Origin: Acidobacteriota bacterium
Lineage (GTDB): Bacteria; Acidobacteriota; Polarisedimenticolia; Polarisedimenticolales; DASRJG01
Length of the DNA: 61,436 nt
NCBI GenBank assembly: GCA_041500265.1
Contig: JBGQLU010000002.1
Location: 1 to 61,436, forward strand
Direction of reading: 5' to 3'
Under the pieces are notes generated by a model, which searched no databases, had not been told where the DNA came from, and worked only from the letters and a program-made list of their open reading frames with translations. Made by a program: the position numbers and the translations under genes. This document shows, piece by piece, positions 36,671 through 43,167 of this stretch. Within the stretch, counting starts at the first letter, position 1. Each line of letters opens with the position of its first letter.

Positions 36671-38220
36671 GCGCCGCGGCGCCGGACGCTCGGCCGCGCC
36701 CCTGGCTCATCCCAGCCTGCATCGCCGCGCTGGCCGTCCTGGCGGTGACGCTTCGCTGGCGCTGCTTTCACGCCTACGTGGACGAGGGTGACCCGTGCGA
36801 GTACGTGTGGGCGATCCGGCAGGCGTACCTGCCACACTCTCCCTACGTGCTCTTCCTCTGGATCGGGCGCGCGATGGCGGCGTGCGGAGCTCCGGCCGAC
36901 ATCGGGCTTTCGGCTCTCAGCCTGGCCTCCGGTCTCTCCGCCGTGGCCCTGCTGGGGCTGGTCGTGCGCCGCCAGACGGCGGAGACCGCGGCCGGATGGC
37001 TGGCCTCTCTCGGATTCGCCGTCTTTCCGATCTGCGTCTGGTTCTCCGGCATCCAGGAGGTCTACGCGCTCCAGACCGCGCTCGCGTTGGCCGCGGTCTG
37101 CGCCGCGCTCTCGGGCGGAGGGCCGGCAAGCGGGGCGGCCGCGGGGCTGCTGTTCGGCGCGGCCTTTTCGGCGCACGACGGCACGATCCTGTTGGCGCCC
37201 GCGATGGCCGTCGCCGTCTGGGACGGCACCGGCGCCGGGGCGACCCTCCGCGCGCGGCTCGCGCGGCTCGCGCGGCTGGGCGCTGCGCTGCTGGGTGCTT
37301 CGCTGATGCCCGTCCTCGCCTACGGCTGGCTCGCCTGGATCTTCGCGCACCGTGACGCCGGCCCATGGATCGGTCCCTGGCTGCGCTATCTCCGCGGCAT
37401 CACCCCCGCCCCGGAGCTCGGCGGCCTCGGCGCCGCATCGGCGCTCGCGAGGATCCAGGCGCTCGTCGCCGGATCGCTCGGCGCGATCGCGGGCTCGGTC
37501 GCGATCCCGCTCGCCCTTCTGGTGATTGCGATCGTCATCCTCTTGGCCGTGCGCGGGCGACGCACGCTTCTCTTCTGGACGATCTACGCCGCTCCGTGCC
37601 TCGCCTACGAGCTCGCGCTCGGACGCAACGTCGACCCGGGCATCTACATGGTCTACCTCGCCCCCGCGCTCGCCGCGATCCTCGCCGCGGCGGCCACGGT
37701 CCTGCCGGCGCGCGCCCGCGGTCCCGCCGTGGCGGTCCTCGTCGCCGGCGCCCTCCTCGGCCCCTGCGTCCGATCCGCGGCGCTCGCGGAAAAGGTCGTC
37801 TCCCGCGATGCCTTCCTGCGCTCGGAATGGATGCAGACCTGCGATTGGCTCCGGCGCCATGCGCCACCCGGAAGCGTGCTCGTGCAGCCTCCCGGGCTCG
37901 AGCACGTCAACTTCATGCCGTGCCACACGGGGCTGCGGCCGATCATCGTGCAGGAGGGGCTTTTTCGGATCTTCGTCGGGGGGCCGGGAACGCCGCTGAA
38001 CCTCGACGCCTTCCCGTTGCTTCAACCGGCCCACCTCGATCGACTGCTCGATCGAGGGGTCCCCGTCCTGTCGCTGGTGCCGGATCCCTTCCGATCGACG
38101 GCCGGAGACGGCGAGCGAACGGCGACCCGCTACCGGTGGAGGGAAGAGACGATCGCGCCGGACGCAGGAGCGGAGCCGCCCCGCGCGCTGTACGTGCTCG
38201 AGCGCAACGTCGGTCGCTGA
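36667..38220 (+). CDS. polytopic membrane protein, DUF2723/TMEM260-like GT-C candidate
   Basis: Start set at TTG 36667, a TTGA overlap. First-loop motif VDEGDPCEYVWAIRQAYLPHSPYVLFLW resembles the D-x-G-[DE] ... H-[PS]-P-x-Y-x-LF signature of that family. About 11 TM segments. Family call is tentative. Confidence 0.6.
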   Translation: MSAAAPDARPRPWLIPACIAALAVLAVTLRWRCFHAYVDEGDPCEYVWAIRQAYLPHSPYVLFLWIGRAMAACGAPADIGLSALSLASGLSAVALLGLVVRRQTAETAAGWLASLGFAVFPICVWFSGIQEVYALQTALALAAVCAALSGGGPASGAAAGLLFGAAFSAHDGTILLAPAMAVAVWDGTGAGATLRARLARLARLGAALLGASLMPVLAYGWLAWIFAHRDAGPWIGPWLRYLRGITPAPELGGLGAASALARIQALVAGSLGAIAGSVAIPLALLVIAIVILLAVRGRRTLLFWTIYAAPCLAYELALGRNVDPGIYMVYLAPALAAILAAAATVLPARARGPAVAVLVAGALLGPCVRSAALAEKVVSRDAFLRSEWMQTCDWLRRHAPPGSVLVQPPGLEHVNFMPCHTGLRPIIVQEGLFRIFVGGPGTPLNLDAFPLLQPAHLDRLLDRGVPVLSLVPDPFRSTAGDGERTATRYRWREETIAPDAGAEPPRALYVLERNVGR

Positions 38221-38230
38221 GGCGCGGCGC

Positions 38231-40153
38231 TCACGCGAGCCAGGTCTCCCGCCAGCGCTGAAACATGAAGAGGGTGAACAAGGGCTTGCGGTGATCCCGC
38301 GTGCCTTCGAGGTGCTCGTTCACGAGGGTCCTCACCGCTTCGGGCCGGAAGAGCCCCTCGTTCCGCAGGCGGCCGGGATCGAGGGCGGAGAGAAGCTCGC
38401 CGCGCATCCCTTCCCGGAACCAGCGGCCGATCGGCAGGGCGAACCCCCTCTTGGGTCGGCTCAACACATCACCGGGGAGAATCCCTCGGAGCGCTTCCTT
38501 CAGCACGTGCTTGAGCCGCCCGTGGCGCACCTTGAGGCTTCCCGGAATCGCGAACGCCTGCACGACGAAGTTGAAGTCGAGCAGCGGAGCGCGGGCCTCG
38601 AGCGACACCGCCATCGTCGCGCGGTCGAGCTTCGTCAGGATCCCCTCGGCCAGGTACCCCTTCGCGTAGAGGTACGCATCGCGGTTGACGGGATCGAGCT
38701 CGCGCGCCCGGCCGTACTGCGCCCGGATCTCGTCGTAGAGCGTGGGCAGGTCGAGGACCGCCCGCGCCTCCGGCGTGAGGAGCCCCGGCAGCTCCTCCGG
38801 CACGAACGCGCCGAGCCACCGCCAGAGGCGCTCGTCGTCGCGCGCCTTGGCACCGCGAAGGAATTGGTTCGCCTTGAAGTCGAGCGAGAAGTAGCCGAAC
38901 TCGGGGCGGAGCCGGCGCGCGGCCGGCCGGACGAGCGCCCGGTCGGCCCAACCCGGCACCATGCTCGCGTAGAGGCGGGCCAGGCGGAGGGCCCGGAACG
39001 TCGGGTAGCCGGCGAAGAGCTCGTCGCCGCCGTCGCCGGAGAGCGCGACGGTCACGTGACGCCGCGTGAAGCGCGCCAGGAGATAGGTCGGCAGGATCGA
39101 GGCGTCCGCGAACGGCTCGTCGAGGAACCCGCAGACCGGCGGGATCGCCGCGCGTGCCGCCTCGACGTCGAGGATCTCCTCGCGATGGTCGGTTCCGAGG
39201 CGGGAGGCGAAGGCGCGGGCGGCGGCGGACTCGTCGAAGCGCGGGTCGGTGAAGCCGATGGAAAAAGTCTTCACGCGGTCGTGGCCCAGCAGGTCCACCA
39301 TCGTGGTCGTCATCGCGGAGCTGTCGATCCCTCCCGAGAGGAACACGCCCAGGGGAACGTCCGCGACGAGGCGGCGCTGGACGGCCTCCCGCAGCCCCTC
39401 GCGAATCGCCGGGCCCAGCTCGCGCGACGTGCGATCCGCCGAGGCCGAGGTGGTCCCGCCGATCGCGCCGATCGGGTCCCAGTACGTGCGCGTGGTCAGC
39501 TCGCCGGTGTCGAGGCCGAAGGTGAAGGTGGAGGCCGCGGGGAGCTTCCGCATCCCTTCGTAGATCGCGTGGGGCGCGGGCACGTGCTCGAAGAGGAGGT
39601 AGAGGGCGGCGGAGCGGACGTCGAGGGTGCGGCGGACGGCGGGGTGACGAAGGAGCGCCTTCGCCTCGCTGGCGAACGCGAAGAACGTGCCGTCGTGGAC
39701 GAGGTAGAGGGGCTTTTCTCCCATCCGATCCCGCGCGCCGAACAGGAGGCGGCGCGGCCTGTCGTGGATCACGAACGCGAACATGCCGTTCAGGTGATCG
39801 ACGCATCGCTCGCCCCAGGCGGCGTAGGCGTTGAGGATCGTCTCGGTGTCCGAACGCGTCCGCGCCGGGTGCCCCAGACCCGTAAGCCGCGAGTTCAGCT
39901 CCCCGTAGTTGTAGATCTCGCCGTTGTAGACGATCGAGAGCGTGCCCGCCGCGTCGCGCATCGGCTGGCCGCCCCCCTCCCGGTCGATGACCACGAGCCG
40001 CCGATGCCCGAGCGCGACGCTCGCTTCGGTCAGGTACCCTTCCGCGTCCGGGCCGCGGTGGGTCAGGGCGGCCGTCATCCGGCGCAGGACGTCCTCGCCC
40101 TCGACCGGAGGCGCCGGCGATCCCGCCCGCGCGAACCCCACGATTCCACACAT
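38231..40153 (-). CDS. asnB: asparagine synthase (glutamine-hydrolysing) family amidotransferase
   Basis: 640 aa. MCGIVGF N-terminal nucleophile Cys2, the glutaminase domain (YNGEIYNY), and PP-loop SGGIDSS in the synthetase domain. Confidence 0.9.
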   Translation of the reverse strand: MCGIVGFARAGSPAPPVEGEDVLRRMTAALTHRGPDAEGYLTEASVALGHRRLVVIDREGGGQPMRDAAGTLSIVYNGEIYNYGELNSRLTGLGHPARTRSDTETILNAYAAWGERCVDHLNGMFAFVIHDRPRRLLFGARDRMGEKPLYLVHDGTFFAFASEAKALLRHPAVRRTLDVRSAALYLLFEHVPAPHAIYEGMRKLPAASTFTFGLDTGELTTRTYWDPIGAIGGTTSASADRTSRELGPAIREGLREAVQRRLVADVPLGVFLSGGIDSSAMTTTMVDLLGHDRVKTFSIGFTDPRFDESAAARAFASRLGTDHREEILDVEAARAAIPPVCGFLDEPFADASILPTYLLARFTRRHVTVALSGDGGDELFAGYPTFRALRLARLYASMVPGWADRALVRPAARRLRPEFGYFSLDFKANQFLRGAKARDDERLWRWLGAFVPEELPGLLTPEARAVLDLPTLYDEIRAQYGRARELDPVNRDAYLYAKGYLAEGILTKLDRATMAVSLEARAPLLDFNFVVQAFAIPGSLKVRHGRLKHVLKEALRGILPGDVLSRPKRGFALPIGRWFREGMRGELLSALDPGRLRNEGLFRPEAVRTLVNEHLEGTRDHRKPLFTLFMFQRWRETWLA

Positions 40154-40178
40154 CGGATGCCCCGGCGGGCCGCCTCCG

Positions 40179-41219
40179 TCAGGCGGGAGGCTCGGAGGCG
40201 GCCTTCGGAGACCGTCCGCGTCCTCTGAGGCTCTTGATCACGTAGGCCCGCTTGTTCTGCGACTCGAAGTAGGTGCGCATCAGGACCTCCGCCAGGAGCC
40301 CGATGAAGATCATCTGCAGTCCGACCACGAAGAGGCCGACGCTCAAGACCGGCAGCGGCGTCGCGATGAAGTCCTTGTGCCACTGCGGGTCCCACGGATT
40401 GTTGCGGGGGATCAGCTTGAAGGTGACCGACAGGAGGAAGGTGAGCAGCGACAGGCCGATGCTCATCATCCCGAACCCCCCGAAGACGTAGATCGGCTTG
40501 GTGATGTACGCCGAGAAGAACTTGAGCACGATGAGGTCGAGCACGACCTTCATCACGCGCTCCATCCCGTAGTGGGAACGTCCCGACCTCCGGGCCCGGT
40601 GATGCACCGGGATCTCGGTGACCCGCGCTCCCTGCCACCGCGCGAAGATCGGGATGAAGCGGTGCATCTCGCCGTAGAGGCGCACTTCCTCGAGCGTCTC
40701 GCGACGGTACGCCTTGAGGGAGCAGCCGTAGTCGTGCAGCGGAACGCCGCCGACCTTGGAGATCACGAAGTTCGCGAGCCGCGACGGAAGGACGCGCGAG
40801 AGAGAGTCCTTCCGGTCCTTCCGCCACCCGGAGACGACGTCGTACCCGCGGTCGAGCTCGCGCAGCAGCGCCGCGATGTCCGCGGGATCATTCTGGAGGT
40901 CGCCGTCCATCGGAACGATCACGGCGCCTTGCGCGAGGTCGATTCCAGCGGCCATGGCGGCCGTCTGTCCGAAGTTTCTGCGAAAGGTCACGACGAGCAC
41001 CCGCGGGTCGGTGCGAGCCAGCTCGGCCAGGATCTCCGGCGACCGGTCGTGCGACCCGTCGTCCACGAGGATCAGCTCGTGCGACCGCCCGAGCTTTGCC
41101 ATCGCGTCGCACGTCTCGCGGTAAAGGGTCGGGATGTTGTCGGCTTCGTTGAAGAGCGGAACGACGATCGAGACGTCGACGGCTCCCCCCGGGGGCGGAT
41201 CGCTCTCGGAGGCCAGCAT
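40179..41219 (-). CDS. GT2 polyprenol-phosphate glycosyltransferase (GtrB/ArnC/Dpm1-like)
   Basis: 346 aa. VSIVVPLFNEADNI...LILVDDGSHDRS...GAVIVPMDGDLQNDP (GT-A DxD), two C-terminal TM helices, and the architecture of lipid-carrier sugar-charging enzymes. Confidence 0.88.
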   Translation of the reverse strand: MLASESDPPPGGAVDVSIVVPLFNEADNIPTLYRETCDAMAKLGRSHELILVDDGSHDRSPEILAELARTDPRVLVVTFRRNFGQTAAMAAGIDLAQGAVIVPMDGDLQNDPADIAALLRELDRGYDVVSGWRKDRKDSLSRVLPSRLANFVISKVGGVPLHDYGCSLKAYRRETLEEVRLYGEMHRFIPIFARWQGARVTEIPVHHRARRSGRSHYGMERVMKVVLDLIVLKFFSAYITKPIYVFGGFGMMSIGLSLLTFLLSVTFKLIPRNNPWDPQWHKDFIATPLPVLSVGLFVVGLQMIFIGLLAEVLMRTYFESQNKRAYVIKSLRGRGRSPKAASEPPA

Positions 41220-41226
41220 GGTCAGA

Positions 41227-41256
41227 GTTCTAGCCTTCAGCGAGAAGCGCTGTCAA
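41227..41256 (-). promoter_or_regulatory. sigma70-like promoter candidate for the GT2-asnB unit, implying a leaderless or near-leaderless mRNA
   Basis: Minus strand reads a perfect TTGACA, an 18-nt spacer, then TAGAAC, followed by only 7 nt before ATG 41219. There is no SD before that ATG. It sits directly after the terminator at 41276-41312. Confidence 0.35.
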
Positions 41257-41275
41257 GCGGGCACGGCATAAACTC

Positions 41276-41312
41276 AAAAGGCTCCGGGAACGCGACGTCG
41301 CGCTCCGGAGCC
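41276..41312 (-). terminator. rho-independent terminator ending the RiPP cassette
   Basis: Stem GGCTCCGG (41280-41287) / CCGGAGCC (41305-41312) encloses the inner palindrome CGCGACGTCGCG. On the minus strand it is followed by TTTTGAGTTT. Confidence 0.7.
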
Positions 41313-41413
41313 CTCGAGGGTGTTTCTCGTACTTTCCGACGAACCAAGTGCCGCGGGCGTCGGAGCCGCCTCGCCCCGCCCTGCCACGGCGGCTCGGACC
41401 ATCGACCTGGACG

Positions 41414-41530
41414 TCAGCTCTGAATCGGGCCTGCGGCGCAAGCGGTGTCCGTGGACTTCGTGCACGTCACGGCCCGGGCTTCGAGCTTCTCCGTGTGGAT
41501 GATTGCTGGCTTCTCGTAGATCTTCTTCAT
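41414..41530 (-). CDS. 38-aa candidate RiPP precursor peptide (not in ORF track)
   Basis: Minus-strand ATG 41530 preceded by GGGGGAGG. Translation: MKKIYEKPAIIHTEKLEARAVTCTKSTDTACAAGPIQS, stop TGA 41416-41414. 32 of 38 codons end in G/C, matching the genome coding bias. It lies 126 nt downstream of the rSAM gene on the same strand, with a terminator about 100 nt further on. Confidence 0.65.
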   Translation of the reverse strand: MKKIYEKPAIIHTEKLEARAVTCTKSTDTACAAGPIQS

Positions 41531-41617
41531 GAGCCTCCCCCTGAATTGGAGTTCTATCTGGTCGTAGCTACAAGTCAGTTTCACCCTGATCGGGCCATCC
41601 GCCCGAAACCGGCAGAT

Positions 41618-41646
41618 GATATACGCTGCCGCGTCGGGGTTTTCAA
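41618..41646 (-). promoter_or_regulatory. sigma70-like promoter candidate dedicated to the precursor peptide
   Basis: Minus strand reads TTGAAA, a 17-nt spacer, then TATATC, starting 11 nt after the rSAM stop. These AT-rich hexamers stand out in GC-rich sequence, and the predicted 5' UTR is about 80 nt. Confidence 0.4.
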
Positions 41647-41656
41647 CCGGAGTTTC

Positions 41657-42736
41657 TCAACCCTTGTTGCCGCCTATTTGCAGCAACTCGTAAGCCCGTT
41701 TCACCGCCCGGGCGTTGATGTCGACCTGAGGATAAATCGCCAGCGGGTCCCCCATCTGCGTTTCGGCCACACCGAGGCAGAAGGTCATGTACTGGCCGTT
41801 TTCGTGCCGACTGATGCGGTTCTTCGCTTCGATCGACAGGTCCCGGACCTCGTTGAGCACGGGGGACGACCCCCAGATGTCGCTGAAGCTATTGATTTCC
41901 AAGATGTTACCGATCTTGCGCCGAAACGCCACGCACGGGAGGATGTTCCCGTAGGGGTCGATCGTGAACCCGGAGCGGCCGGTGCCGCAGTTGGCTTCGG
42001 CCCCTTCCGACGCGCAGTGGTTGGCCCGCGGGGGGAGCTTTCCCCGGTGGAGCTCCATGTACCATTCCCCCCAGTACTTCTCGAGGAATTCGGCACTGGG
42101 CCGGAGCGCGAGCGGGTCGAGGTTGCCGTCGTCCTTCGGGGTGATCACCGCATCGAAGGTCACGAAAACGCCCAGCCGGTCGCCGATGTCGCGGATTTCG
42201 AACAACTCGTCCTGGTTGAGCTTGGTGATCGGGCACTTGAGGTTGATCTTGATCCCCGCCTCGACGAGGTTTTCGAGTGCCTTGACGGTTTTGGCGAACG
42301 ATCCCTTGATCCGCGTCAGCGCCTCGTGGGTTTCCGGCCGGGCGCCGTGAATCGAGACCTCGACCTCCATCGGCTTCAGCTCGCGGACCTTGGCGAGCAT
42401 CGCCGGATCGGCGAGCAGGTACCCGTTGGTGTAGATCCTGAGCGCCATCCCCAGCCGCCGCACCTCGCCGGCGATCTTGAAGAAGTCCCTGTGGCAGAGC
42501 GCTTCGCCTCCGGTCAGCGTCATGTACAGGACGCCGAAGTCGGCGATCTTTCGAAGGGCTTCGAAGACCTGGGGGGTCGTTAGCTCCTTCTGTCCGGTGG
42601 GCGAGTTGTAGCAAAACGTGCAGAGGTGGTTGCACCGGAAGGTCAGCTCGAACTGGGCGGACAGCGGGATCGCGTGAGCGAACGCCGAGTCCATGATGTG
42701 CTGATACGGGCTGACCCGTTCCGTCGCGCCACTCAT
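41657..42736 (-). CDS. radical SAM peptide-modifying enzyme with C-terminal Cys-containing auxiliary (SPASM/twitch-like) domain
   Basis: 359 aa. FELTFRCNHLCTFCYN (CxxxCxxC), GGEAL SAM-binding motif, and a C-terminal ...NHCASEGAEANCGTGRSGFTIDPYGNILPC...MTFCLG. ATG 42736 forms an ATGA overlap with the PqqD-like gene. Confidence 0.88.
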   Translation of the reverse strand: MSGATERVSPYQHIMDSAFAHAIPLSAQFELTFRCNHLCTFCYNSPTGQKELTTPQVFEALRKIADFGVLYMTLTGGEALCHRDFFKIAGEVRRLGMALRIYTNGYLLADPAMLAKVRELKPMEVEVSIHGARPETHEALTRIKGSFAKTVKALENLVEAGIKINLKCPITKLNQDELFEIRDIGDRLGVFVTFDAVITPKDDGNLDPLALRPSAEFLEKYWGEWYMELHRGKLPPRANHCASEGAEANCGTGRSGFTIDPYGNILPCVAFRRKIGNILEINSFSDIWGSSPVLNEVRDLSIEAKNRISRHENGQYMTFCLGVAETQMGDPLAIYPQVDINARAVKRAYELLQIGGNKG

Positions 42737-43041
42737 GCCCCGACCTCCGCCGACCGTTCGTCCAGCATGCCGTGACGCGCGAGGTCGCTCACGAAGTCGC
42801 GCGCGTCGGCGGCCGCCGCCTCGGGGGCGACGTCGAATTCGTCCGCGATGACGGCGGCAATTTCATCGACCGTCCGCGTCCCGTCGAGGAGTCCGAAGAT
42901 ACGGATGGCGGCCGGATTGAGCACTTTGACCTCAGCCTTGCCGGCGAGCACGACGAGGCCTCCCTCGTCCGCAACCGCGCGAAACGCGCTGTCGGGATGC
43001 CGCCGGGGGCGGTTCGGAACCGCCGGAGTCACCTCGAACAT
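42733..43041 (-). CDS. PqqD-family peptide chaperone (RRE domain)
   Basis: ...FRAVADEGGLVVLAGKAEVKVLNPAAIRIFGLLDGTRTVDEIAAVIADEFDVAPEAAAADARDFVSDLARHGML is the typical PqqD pattern. ATG 43041 has GAGGAA 6 nt upstream. The alternative in-frame ATG 43062 lacks an SD. Confidence 0.8.
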   Translation of the reverse strand: MFEVTPAVPNRPRRHPDSAFRAVADEGGLVVLAGKAEVKVLNPAAIRIFGLLDGTRTVDEIAAVIADEFDVAPEAAAADARDFVSDLARHGMLDERSAEVGA

Positions 43042-43167
43042 GGGGGGTTCCTCGCGTGCCATGTCAACAAGGACCGAAGGGGTCCTCTTTGGAGCCCTTA
43101 GTTTACGGTCAAGTCCCGGGATCGGCAATCCCGGAGGGAAAGTGCGGGTCCGCGGCCTTCTCCCACG

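Noticed and set aside
41274-41465. The 63-aa ORF (minus strand) overlapping the precursor peptide region and its 3' UTR.
   Set aside because: It has no SD. It overlaps the SD-preceded 38-aa ORF in another frame and reads straight through the terminator hairpin. Its sequence is Arg/Ala/Gly-rich and shadow-like.
41657-42736. The radical SAM enzyme as an anaerobic sulfatase-maturating enzyme for the sulfatase-like genes in the window.
   Set aside because: It is overlapped by a PqqD/RRE gene and followed by a short peptide ORF. Its C-terminal domain has too few Cys for the two auxiliary clusters of anSMEs. The sulfatase-like proteins lack the C/S-x-P-x-R target motif and lie 13 kb away.
38231-43062. 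Lasso-peptide cluster hypothesis: an Asn-synthetase homolog as lasso cyclase, PqqD as B1, a YxxPxI leader, a C-terminal Ser and distant HprK-like kinases.
   Set aside because: The AsnB homolog keeps the catalytic N-terminal MCGIVGF glutaminase nucleophile and full length, which is typical of true amidotransferases rather than lasso cyclases. A terminator and a promoter box separate it from the peptide. There is no transglutaminase-like B2 protease. There is no Thr at -2 relative to a core with Asp/Glu at position 7-9. Taking TCTKSTD as the ring would need Thr1 and Ala at -2. The adjacent maturase is an rSAM enzyme instead.
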